Below are positions 33,727 to 41,923 of a stretch of 46,197 bases of DNA, piece after piece. Position 1 is the first letter of the stretch. The number at the start of each line of letters is the position of its first letter. The translations under genes were made by a program, and so were the position numbers. Source of the DNA: Dehalococcoidia bacterium (GTDB lineage: Bacteria > Chloroflexota > Dehalococcoidia > GIF9 > AB-539-J10); contig DATKVL010000109.1 of assembly GCA_035530115.1 (NCBI GenBank), positions 1 through 46,197 on the forward strand, read 5' to 3'. The notes beneath the pieces were generated by a model. The model was not told where the DNA came from and made no database searches. It was given only the letters and a program-made list of their open reading frames with translations.

Positions 33727-35043
33727 ATGGTGAATGAGATGGCATTTCTTGGTATGCGTGGTACTGGTGATTGGGTTACTGATCAGCGTCCGAAAAATTG
33801 GCGGGAGGCGATTCTCTATCGCTATCCCAATGGCTCCGCCCCTCTTACTGCAATCTTGAGTAAAATGACAAGTGAGAAAACTACTGATCCTGAGTTCAAC
33901 TGGTGGACTAAATCTCTGGCCACTCAGCGGGCAACGGTGACTGGGGTCTACACTGACTCTGGCCTTTCTGTAGCTTATGTAAGTGGGGCTCTTGCTAATG
34001 ATCAACTCTATGTGAAGATGAGTTCTGATGATATTAGTCACTTCCGTACTGGTCATATTGCACTTCTTCGGGATGCAAGTGATCTTACAGTTGATGTAGT
34101 GGCTAAGGTTATTGGCCGTGTTTCTAGTGGGGAAAACTCTTACATCCAGGTAGTACTGCTTGAGGCTGATGATAACTCTACTGCTGGTGATCTCAGTAAT
34201 TGTGATGCAGCTTTGATCATCGGTAATGCTAATGCTGAGGGCGCTGCTATGCCTGATGCGATTAGTTATGGCCCAGCTAAGTGGTACAACTTCACTCAAA
34301 TCTTTAGGACCCCTCTTGAGATGACTCGTACTGCTATGCAGACCCGTCTTCGGACTGGTGAGCATTATAAGGGAGCTAAGAGGGAAGCTCTGGAATTGCA
34401 CTCCATTGAGATGGAGAAAGCTTTCTTGTTTGGTGTACCTTCTGAGCGTACTGGTGATAATGGTAAGCCTGAACGTACTACTCTGGGTATCATTCCTGCA
34501 ATCAAGGGTGGGTATACTGGAAGTGGCGGTGATGCCGGCACGGTCAATAACTTTGCAGCCAATACTGATTTCTCCGGGCAGACTTGGTTGCAGGGCGGTG
34601 AGGAGTGGTTGGATACTCAGTTGGAAGTTATCTTCAGGAAGGGAAGTTCTGAGAAGTTGGCATTCGCTGGATCGGGCGCAATTCTTGGTATTAACTCCCT
34701 GATTAAGGCCGGAGGTAATTTCGATTACTCTGCGGCCACGATGGACTATGGTATCAAAGTAACCAAGTGGGTAACTGCTTTCGGTACTATCAACATCATG
34801 ACCCATCCACTCTTCTCTCATGAGGTCACCACCAGGAATGCAATGGTGATCTTGGAGCCGAAGGACATTAAGTATCGCTTCATTCAGGATACTATGTACA
34901 AAGCCGATGATCGTCTGCAGAAGGGTGGTTGGACTTCTCGTGATGGCATCAAGGAAGAGTATCTCACTGAGTGTGGTCTTGAGTACCATCACCCTGATGG
35001 TTGGGGTTATCTGTATGGTTTCAATACTGCTAACGCAGTCTAA
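33727..35043 (+). CDS. Major capsid protein
   Basis: 438 aa, last gene of the head module and followed by a strong hairpin. N-terminal MAFLGMRGTGDW...DPEFNWW is capsid-like. Confidence 0.7.
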   Translation: MVNEMAFLGMRGTGDWVTDQRPKNWREAILYRYPNGSAPLTAILSKMTSEKTTDPEFNWWTKSLATQRATVTGVYTDSGLSVAYVSGALANDQLYVKMSSDDISHFRTGHIALLRDASDLTVDVVAKVIGRVSSGENSYIQVVLLEADDNSTAGDLSNCDAALIIGNANAEGAAMPDAISYGPAKWYNFTQIFRTPLEMTRTAMQTRLRTGEHYKGAKREALELHSIEMEKAFLFGVPSERTGDNGKPERTTLGIIPAIKGGYTGSGGDAGTVNNFAANTDFSGQTWLQGGEEWLDTQLEVIFRKGSSEKLAFAGSGAILGINSLIKAGGNFDYSAATMDYGIKVTKWVTAFGTINIMTHPLFSHEVTTRNAMVILEPKDIKYRFIQDTMYKADDRLQKGGWTSRDGIKEEYLTECGLEYHHPDGWGYLYGFNTANAV

Positions 35044-35058
35044 TATTTAACATGAGTG

Positions 35059-35082
35059 CCGGGGGGATGAGAGTCCCCTCGG
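35059..35082 (+). terminator. Post-capsid hairpin (attenuator or terminator without a U-tract)
   Basis: CCGGGGGGA (35059-35067) pairs with TCCCCTCGG (35074-35082) in a 9-bp stem containing one G-T pair, with loop TGAGAG. Confidence 0.45.
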
Positions 35083-35110
35083 TGCTACGTTGATTAAATC
35101 ATCATAGGGA
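35082..35110 (+). promoter_or_regulatory. 29-bp quasi-palindromic motif, copy M8
   Basis: gtgctacgttGATTAAATCatcataggga. Its 3' end supplies the AGGGA SD for the ATG at 35116. Confidence 0.8.
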
Positions 35111-35115
35111 TAACA

Positions 35116-35358
35116 ATGGAACCTAATAAGAATTTAACTATTGGTGATCTTGAGAAGAAGAGAGGGGAGCTTAACGCTACTATAGCAGAAGCCATTCAGA
35201 AATTTGAGACTGAAACTGGTACTAGGGTTGGATATATAGACACAGTACGTAAGAGAGATCATGAAGAGAAAGGTGGCGGATGTTGTGGTCCTATGCCTTA
35301 TAATGAAGATCGTGGAGATGTAGTAACTGTTAACATCAATATGAATATGGACTTCTGA
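35116..35358 (+). CDS. Hypothetical virion-module protein (80 aa)
   Basis: First gene after M8. Confidence 0.6.
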   Translation: MEPNKNLTIGDLEKKRGELNATIAEAIQKFETETGTRVGYIDTVRKRDHEEKGGGCCGPMPYNEDRGDVVTVNINMNMDF

Positions 35359-35359
35359 A

Positions 35360-36097
35360 ATGAACCTCTTAGAAGTAAGAACTCAGTTTACTAAGATTTC
35401 TGGAAGATATGATCTAGTTGGCACCGCATTTATAGATGCCGGGGCAGACGTATATATAAATGAAGGACAGAGATTTCTAGATCGTAAGTTTGACTACGGG
35501 CCAGCATTAGGGAAATATTATAAAGACTTGACAGCAGGTACTTTTAAAGTCCCTCTTACTGATTGTCGATCAGTCCTGGAAGTATGGGTTCTCAATTCTG
35601 ATAGTAGAACTGAGCTCAAACCTCTAGATGAATATGAACTTAGATCTATATATCAAAGTAATAGTGTATATTCTACACCGTTAACTACCATGACTCAGGA
35701 TAGGCCTTTATACTACTATCCTACAAACTTTAGACGTGTACCAGATACTGGAACTTTTACTGATTCTGCAACTCTTATATCTTATTTAGATACAACTTCA
35801 CCTACTGACTCAACTGTCAATGGGTTAATAATAATCCCACCTCCTGCAACTGATTATGCTATTGAAGTTTCAGGATTGTTTTATAGTCCTAAATTAGTTG
35901 CTGATATTGATACTAACTATTGGACTCTTAATCACCCTAACTTGTTAATCACTGCTGCTTTGCGGCAATTAGATATAATGTACAATAGTGCACGAAACCT
36001 CAGAACCTTTGATGAAGCTATGGCTACTGATCTTAGGGATTTAGAATATGACTTTATAAGCCAAAGTACTACTGATGCAGTTGAATTAGAAGGCTAG
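35360..36097 (+). CDS. Virion protein (245 aa, possible head-tail adaptor)
   Basis: Position directly after the capsid block. Start abuts the upstream stop. Confidence 0.5.
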   Translation: MNLLEVRTQFTKISGRYDLVGTAFIDAGADVYINEGQRFLDRKFDYGPALGKYYKDLTAGTFKVPLTDCRSVLEVWVLNSDSRTELKPLDEYELRSIYQSNSVYSTPLTTMTQDRPLYYYPTNFRRVPDTGTFTDSATLISYLDTTSPTDSTVNGLIIIPPPATDYAIEVSGLFYSPKLVADIDTNYWTLNHPNLLITAALRQLDIMYNSARNLRTFDEAMATDLRDLEYDFISQSTTDAVELEG

Positions 36098-36110
36098 TAT
36101 TGGAAATATT

Positions 36111-36734
36111 ATGGATTGGAAAACTTATAAAAATCCAGGGCCTTTTAAAATAGATAAGACTTTAGCAGGTACTAGGTATAATACTGGTGATGCTATAGTA
36201 GATGTTAATCATCCAGTGTGGAATCTTAAAGATAAAAGTGGAATTCCTATAACTTCTACTCATGATCCTTGTGGATACTGGAATAATGTTTTAGATCTAA
36301 TTGATCCTTTTACAGAAGTTACAAGTAAACCTTATCCAATTGAAGTTTTTGAGGCTACTGAATCCTTAGGTGCTACATTGATTAGTATGAGGTATACTAA
36401 TCAAACATACAATAGTGGATTACCTGAGGGAGTTGAATCATACGGAGCTCCATTAGTTGGAGGAAATCTTACTCAGACATTCTTCTTAGTGTCTTATACT
36501 AGTGGGGCGGCTGAAGGGGTAGAATCTTCAGGAGCTTCTATAATTACTGGTAATCTTGGAGTAGCATTTATACTTAAAGTTTACAGTAATTATCAACCTG
36601 AAGCTACTGAAGCTTATGGGGCAAGTTTAATATCTGGAGATTTAGGAGTAGGTATTACAATAGTAAGTTATAGTATGTTACCTGAGGCTACAGAATCTTT
36701 AGGTTCAACAGTTATAGGAGGAAGTCTTGGATAA
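36111..36734 (+). CDS. Virion protein with five tandem ~29-aa repeats
   Basis: E(A/G)(T/V)E(S/A)xG(A/S)xL(I/V)xGxL repeat units starting from about 36351. Confidence 0.65.
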   Translation: MDWKTYKNPGPFKIDKTLAGTRYNTGDAIVDVNHPVWNLKDKSGIPITSTHDPCGYWNNVLDLIDPFTEVTSKPYPIEVFEATESLGATLISMRYTNQTYNSGLPEGVESYGAPLVGGNLTQTFFLVSYTSGAAEGVESSGASIITGNLGVAFILKVYSNYQPEATEAYGASLISGDLGVGITIVSYSMLPEATESLGSTVIGGSLG

Positions 36735-37644
36735 GCCTATTTTAGAGTTACATACAGAAGTTGAAGGATGGTTTAAGTTTGAGGCTATTAGTGAGGATGG
36801 TACTAAGAGGGTCCTAGCTGACTGGTTCCCTAATTTGATTACAAATCAGGGTTTGAATCAAATGGGGACTCTAAGCACCTGGCTAGATGCTTGCCAGGTA
36901 GGGAGTGGATCTACAGTCCCAGCAGTTAGTGATACCCAGTTAGTTACATTAGTTGCTGGGACTACAGCAGTTCAGAGTACTGTACAGGGTATACAATCTA
37001 CTCCTCCCTATTATGCGTCAAGGACTGTGACTTATAGATTTGCTGCTGGAGTCGCAACTGGAACTCTTTCTGAAGTAGGAGTAGGTATTACTGCAACAGT
37101 AGGTAATCTATATAGTAGGGCTTTAATTCTTGATGGTACAGGAGCCCCTACTACACTTACTATTTTAAGCACTGAAACTCTTGATGTAACTTATCAGTGT
37201 AGATATTATGTACCTACAGTAGATTTAACTGGTAGTATATTACTTAGAACTACTACACATGATTGGACTAGTAGAGCTTGTAGGTGTACTACAACTCTTT
37301 GGTGGTCTAATATTAGGGGGCAGGCTGAGAATGCTAGTATCTCTGGGGCTATTTTTTATGGAGGTCTTACTGCTGCAATAGCTGCTATAGAATCTTATCC
37401 TACGGGCACTGCATATGGCGGAATTTATCCTACATGGGCAACATATATAAATAACTCATTTTACGCTGATGCTACTATTACAGCAGACCTAACTATAGGC
37501 AATAATGCTGATGGTTTAGGGGCATTACAATTATATTTAGGTATCGGAACCTATCAAATAGGATTTGTTCCTAATATTATGAAGACCTCTTCCGATATCC
37601 TAGTCTTGGTAGTTAGACATTCCTGGGGAAGGAAAACTATATAA
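36727..37644 (+). CDS. Tail/virion protein (305 aa, TTG start)
   Basis: AGGAGG SD 5 nt before the TTG at 36727. No in-frame ATG for 45 codons. Confidence 0.6.
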   Translation: MDKPILELHTEVEGWFKFEAISEDGTKRVLADWFPNLITNQGLNQMGTLSTWLDACQVGSGSTVPAVSDTQLVTLVAGTTAVQSTVQGIQSTPPYYASRTVTYRFAAGVATGTLSEVGVGITATVGNLYSRALILDGTGAPTTLTILSTETLDVTYQCRYYVPTVDLTGSILLRTTTHDWTSRACRCTTTLWWSNIRGQAENASISGAIFYGGLTAAIAAIESYPTGTAYGGIYPTWATYINNSFYADATITADLTIGNNADGLGALQLYLGIGTYQIGFVPNIMKTSSDILVLVVRHSWGRKTI

Positions 37645-38228
37645 TGTTACCAGATAATGTAATATCATCTTCTGTAATAGCGGGTAATTTCATCCAAGCT
37701 AAACAGTTTGATGTAAATAATCTACTAGATTATGAAGATGGCGGAATTGCTATAGGAGATAATAGCCAAGGAAGACTCTATCAAATCTGGAGATGCAGGT
37801 TGATAGGAGATGATATTACTGTAGATGTTCCTAATGACCCTAGCATCTTACCTCTAATTATTTATAGCGCTCCTAATATAACAGAGATAAGTTTTACATT
37901 TGATTCTAACTTGAAACCTGCCGTAGCATTTGTACAGGATAGTATTCCTAAGTTACGCTGGTATGATACAAGTATTCCAGCATATTCTGTGATAGATATC
38001 CCTTATGCTAAAACTCCTAGGGTGGCATTAGATGATAAGAGAATTACTCAGGATAGTAACAGAGATATAATCTTAGCATATATAAAGAATAATGGTTTAT
38101 GTTATAGACAGCAAAGAGATAGATTTTTAATTGAGTATATATTAACGGCAGGGTTGTATAAGAGGTTAATAAAGATGGGTATGAGTAGTAAACTCCGGAT
38201 GCAGTTTTCTTTAGAGTTAAATATATAG
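37644..38228 (+). CDS. Tail/virion protein (194 aa)
   Basis: TAATG coupling. Confidence 0.6.
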   Translation: MLPDNVISSSVIAGNFIQAKQFDVNNLLDYEDGGIAIGDNSQGRLYQIWRCRLIGDDITVDVPNDPSILPLIIYSAPNITEISFTFDSNLKPAVAFVQDSIPKLRWYDTSIPAYSVIDIPYAKTPRVALDDKRITQDSNRDIILAYIKNNGLCYRQQRDRFLIEYILTAGLYKRLIKMGMSSKLRMQFSLELNI

Positions 38229-38249
38229 TTAAACAGGAGGAGTTAACCA

Positions 38250-38690
38250 ATGGCTAATCAAGTTCCGAATGCATGGAAGTCTCAATTGTGGTATCCGTAT
38301 CTAGCCTCTACTTTTAAAATGATTCTAATGAGTCCAGGATTTGTATTTAATAAGGATACTCACTATACCTATGCAGATGTGTTGGTTAGTGAACTTCCTA
38401 CTGGAAATGGTTATACTGCTGGAGGTCTCACACTTTCAGGCATTACTCGTACGTTGAATATAGTAGATGATAGAGTGGAGATGACTTGGAATCCTGCACA
38501 GTGGAATGCTACAGGTGGAAGTATTATTACTTCTGGGGCTATCATCTATATGAATGCGGCCGTAGGAACTATCTATGAACGTACTGATATTATTGTAAGT
38601 TATAAGGATGCAGGTGGAACTATCACTGCTACGGATGGTACTCCTATTATTGTTAGCGCAGTTATGGAAACGGTTGAAGATAAGGTATAA
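38250..38690 (+). CDS. Tail/virion protein (146 aa)
   Basis: AGGAGGAG SD upstream. Confidence 0.6.
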   Translation: MANQVPNAWKSQLWYPYLASTFKMILMSPGFVFNKDTHYTYADVLVSELPTGNGYTAGGLTLSGITRTLNIVDDRVEMTWNPAQWNATGGSIITSGAIIYMNAAVGTIYERTDIIVSYKDAGGTITATDGTPIIVSAVMETVEDKV

Positions 38691-38695
38691 TATTA

Positions 38696-38724
38696 TTGCT
38701 GTGTGGATTAAATCCACATAGGGA
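38696..38724 (+). promoter_or_regulatory. 29-bp quasi-palindromic motif, copy M9
   Basis: ttgctgtgtgGATTAAATCcacataggga. Its 3' end runs into the GGGAGGG SD for the ATG at 38735. Confidence 0.8.
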
Positions 38725-38734
38725 GGGTTAAGTT

Positions 38735-39169
38735 ATGAAATTAAGTCTAGCGGTTAGAACTGTAAGTGGTGCGGATGCTACAGCTGGCTGGGAGATTAGA
38801 ACTGGTGCTACTCCAGGAAGAGTTAAAGTTCATGAGATTGGATTCTTCCTGGCTGCTGCAACAGCTAGTACTATTGGACTGGGAAGGCCTGCAGCTGTTG
38901 GAGATACTCCTACGACCCCTGTAGATTTTCAACCTGAAGATCCGAATGATGTGCTGGCTACTGGAACTATCCAGTCTGCTCTTGCATGGGCTACAGGGCC
39001 TACTGTACCTGCTAATTTAATAAGGAGAATTTCCCTTCCTGCAACTATCGGAACTGGGGTGATTTGGACATTTCCTGAAGGTTTAGTAATTCCAGTATCT
39101 GGAAGTTTAGTATTATGGAACCTGGCCATTAACTCAGTACTTGATGCTTATGCGGTTGTAAGTATTTAA
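38735..39169 (+). CDS. Tail/virion protein (144 aa)
   Basis: First gene after M9. Confidence 0.6.
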   Translation: MKLSLAVRTVSGADATAGWEIRTGATPGRVKVHEIGFFLAAATASTIGLGRPAAVGDTPTTPVDFQPEDPNDVLATGTIQSALAWATGPTVPANLIRRISLPATIGTGVIWTFPEGLVIPVSGSLVLWNLAINSVLDAYAVVSI

Positions 39170-39182
39170 ACTGGAGGCATAA

Positions 39183-40451
39183 ATGTCTCAAGTTACTACT
39201 CCCATATTTAAAGGTGTAGCGAAGGTATTTACTACATACCCTGTATCTACACTTGCGTTAAAATTGGTAACTGAATCTCCAGGAAATAATTTTCCTAATA
39301 CTACCTCTAAAACTGGTATCAGGTCTATAGGAGTAATAACTAAGTATCCTGCAGCTCCTATAGATTATACCGCTACTATAAACGTAAATTGGTATGATGT
39401 AGATATTGATGGCTTAGCAGCAGTATCTTACGGAGAATTTTATAACGGAGTTGTATCAAGTAGTACCTCCAAATTAGGTATTGGAACTACTAGTAAATTT
39501 ACGGTAGGAATTTCCTTAATACCTTCTGGACTTAACCAATTAGTAATTGGAAGTCTAGGAGATATTTGGGTAGACACTGTTAAGAAGAATTGGGTAAAGT
39601 GGTCTAATATTGGCAGTTCTGATTTTACAATCTGGAAAGATAATATAGCAGGGGCTAGACCTCTTGATTGGGCTGGGTGGGTTTACAGTATTAAGAAATT
39701 AGGAAATAAAGTTATAGTATATGGTGAGAATGGAGTCTCTAGTTTATTTCCTTCTGGTGTTACTTATGGAATGCAGACTATCTATAAAATAGGTATTAAA
39801 GGAAGAGGGGCTGTTAATGGAGATAATTCAATACACTTCTTTGTTGATACTTCTGGGCACTTATTTTCTATGGGAGAATTAGCTAGAAAATCGTCATTGT
39901 TTGAAGAGACTATGCGGCCAGAAGATTTAGGGTATTCTGAGTACTTATCAAGTATGGGTGATCTTACTCTGTCTTGGGATAGTTTAAATAAACTCTTATA
40001 TATATGTGACGGGGTTACAGGTTATATATATAATCCTTCAAGTAAAAGTTTTGGGAAAGGTCCTAATAATATAACTAGCGTAGAAACTCAGGGAGGGATT
40101 CAGTATGTAGGATCTCCTATTGTAATAACAACTCCTACCTTTGAGATAAGTACAGATATATTTGATCTTAGTAGTAGGAAGAATAAGAGTATTAAATATG
40201 TAGAAGTGGGGACTAATCTTAGTGGTTTATTAGAAGGTTCAATAGATTATAGACTTTCTAAAGATGCTGCTTTCCAAAGCACTCCCTGGGTATTAGTAAA
40301 TCCTAATGGAATCTTTCATCTTCCGTGTTTTGGGATAGAGTTTAAGTTTAAACTTAGAGCTCCAGTACTTGAGGACTTTAAGATAGATTATATAAAGGTA
40401 TATGGCAAGGTATTAAACTTTGCATATTTGGATGTTCTTAATAAACAATAG
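39183..40451 (+). CDS. Tail/virion protein (422 aa)
   Basis: GGAGG SD. Position in the tail module. Confidence 0.6.
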   Translation: MSQVTTPIFKGVAKVFTTYPVSTLALKLVTESPGNNFPNTTSKTGIRSIGVITKYPAAPIDYTATINVNWYDVDIDGLAAVSYGEFYNGVVSSSTSKLGIGTTSKFTVGISLIPSGLNQLVIGSLGDIWVDTVKKNWVKWSNIGSSDFTIWKDNIAGARPLDWAGWVYSIKKLGNKVIVYGENGVSSLFPSGVTYGMQTIYKIGIKGRGAVNGDNSIHFFVDTSGHLFSMGELARKSSLFEETMRPEDLGYSEYLSSMGDLTLSWDSLNKLLYICDGVTGYIYNPSSKSFGKGPNNITSVETQGGIQYVGSPIVITTPTFEISTDIFDLSSRKNKSIKYVEVGTNLSGLLEGSIDYRLSKDAAFQSTPWVLVNPNGIFHLPCFGIEFKFKLRAPVLEDFKIDYIKVYGKVLNFAYLDVLNKQ

Positions 40452-40466
40452 TTATAGGGGTATAGT

Positions 40467-40904
40467 ATGATAGTTAAACTTCCAGTTACACAAATTACCC
40501 CCTTCTGGGAATTAATTAAGTTTGCCATCTCTAAAGTATATGAGGTAAAGACAGAGGATTTTAGATCTATATTCAATCATACACTTCATAAACTCTTAAA
40601 TGATAAGGCCCAGTGTTGGGTTAGATTGAATGATAAAAGGATGCTTGTAGCTCTTATGATTACTGAGATTCAAGTAGATAAGATTAATGGTAATAAGCAA
40701 TTATTTGTACCTGTTTTATATTCGTGGAGGCCTACAGGTAATGATGAGTGGAAAGAGGACTTCGAGTTTATAACAAAGTTTGCAAAGAAAGAGAATTGTA
40801 AATACATTACCTGTGAATCAGATATTGCAAGATGCTGGGAGTTGTATGAACTTTGTGGATTTAAGGAAATTCTCAGGAAGTATAGTCTTAAAGTAGGAGA
40901 TTAA
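40467..40904 (+). CDS. Hypothetical protein (145 aa, weak GNAT-like impression)
   Basis: The size and C-terminal ...YELCGFKE resemble an acetyltransferase fold, but motif A (R/QxxGxG/A) is not visible. Confidence 0.5.
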   Translation: MIVKLPVTQITPFWELIKFAISKVYEVKTEDFRSIFNHTLHKLLNDKAQCWVRLNDKRMLVALMITEIQVDKINGNKQLFVPVLYSWRPTGNDEWKEDFEFITKFAKKENCKYITCESDIARCWELYELCGFKEILRKYSLKVGD

Positions 40905-40906
40905 CT

Positions 40907-41911
40907 ATGCGTATATATTCTGAGATAAAGTTTATATGGGATGGGGTTACTAATTCCTATATAGAAGTATCTTCTAATTATGAAGAGTATGTAGGAGAGG
41001 TAGCTTTATGTAAAGGTGGCAGTAGTAGTAGTGGGGGTGATCAGACTACTACTGTAAGATATGCTCCTTATGTAGAGTCTGCCCATAGTAATTTCCTATC
41101 TACAATACAGGCTAAAAGAAATCTTGTTATAAATAACTCTCCATTTGTAGGGTATGTTAATATAGATGTAGATGATGGATTTTTTGGGGCTGGATATATT
41201 ATAAGTAGTTTCCCTTCCTTGTATGATATGTACGGGAAGTTCATGGCAGGGCTTGATATCGAAGCTTTGTGGAATGAGATATTGGGAAGTACAGTAGAAT
41301 CTGCAGTAGTTAAAGATTTAATATCTGCACAATCTGCTATGTTGGATGAAGATATAATTATCAACTCTGTTCCTAGATTACAGACAGGTGCTAGAGATAT
41401 TAATTCTGTAATGAGTTCATCATTTGTTATAGGTAAAGCTATTATAGAAGATGCTAAAACTAAAGCATTATCCTTATTCAGTGCTAATTTAAAGTACCAG
41501 ATGATCTCACTGGCTGATGGTAGATGGAGAGCTCATCTTGACTGGAATAAGAATGTTATAGGTGTATATTCTGAGATAATGAAGTTCTACTATTCTACCA
41601 AGATTGACGTAGATGATGCTAATTATTCTATGGTTGCTAAGGATAGGTTATGGCCATTTACAGTTTTGGATTTTGAGAGGGCAGCTCTCGGAGCTCTTCA
41701 AGGCGCTATTAATACGAAGACAGACGTAGCTGGAGCCTCTACTGCCTCTAAAGTATTAGGGGGAGCTCTTAGTGGTGCTGCTATGGGAGCAGCTATAGGT
41801 AGTAATTTTAATACTGCGGCTACCTCAACTACAGCTGCAAGTACTGCAGGCAGTGCTTGGGGAGCTGGAGCTGGTGCTGTATTAGGAGTTGCTGCAGCTC
41901 TTACTTACTAA
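40907..41911 (+). CDS. Virion protein, paralog 1 (334 aa) with a Gly/Ala-zipper C-terminus
   Basis: Shares TVRYAPYVE.AH..FL, FPSLYD..GK.MAGLDIE.LWN, SSSFV.GKA.IED and LWPFTVL.FE with 41924..42802. Confidence 0.65.
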   Translation: MRIYSEIKFIWDGVTNSYIEVSSNYEEYVGEVALCKGGSSSSGGDQTTTVRYAPYVESAHSNFLSTIQAKRNLVINNSPFVGYVNIDVDDGFFGAGYIISSFPSLYDMYGKFMAGLDIEALWNEILGSTVESAVVKDLISAQSAMLDEDIIINSVPRLQTGARDINSVMSSSFVIGKAIIEDAKTKALSLFSANLKYQMISLADGRWRAHLDWNKNVIGVYSEIMKFYYSTKIDVDDANYSMVAKDRLWPFTVLDFERAALGALQGAINTKTDVAGASTASKVLGGALSGAAMGAAIGSNFNTAATSTTAASTAGSAWGAGAGAVLGVAAALTY

Positions 41912-41923
41912 TAAGGATTAATT

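Noticed and set aside
33436-34992. 518-aa ORF on the minus strand
   Set aside because: It is entirely antisense to the major capsid gene and the end of the preceding gene. The sequence is low-complexity and rich in Ser, Arg, Ile and Thr, with no ribosome-binding site and no partner genes on that strand. It is most likely a by-product of the capsid gene's codon bias.
8017-38724. The 29-bp palindromic motif copies as a CRISPR array or solitary CRISPR-repeat mimics
   Set aside because: The copies are 1.6-10.7 kb apart rather than separated by regular spacers, so this is not an array. The copies differ from one another at many arm positions, which is unlike repeat mimics. Mimicry of a host repeat cannot be tested without host data.
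8017-38724. The motif as the promoter for a phage-encoded T7-like RNA polymerase
   Set aside because: The 3' half resembles single-subunit RNA polymerase promoters. However, no ORF shows RNA polymerase motifs. The only proteins over 800 aa are the family-A DNA polymerase and the giant virion protein. The idea is kept only as an analogy within the motif finding.
8017-38724. The motif arms (TGTGGAT/ATCCACA) as DnaA boxes
   Set aside because: ATCCACA matches the DnaA-box core in a few copies, but the CCACA part is among the variable positions (caacata, catcata, cattata). The invariant part is GATTAAATC.
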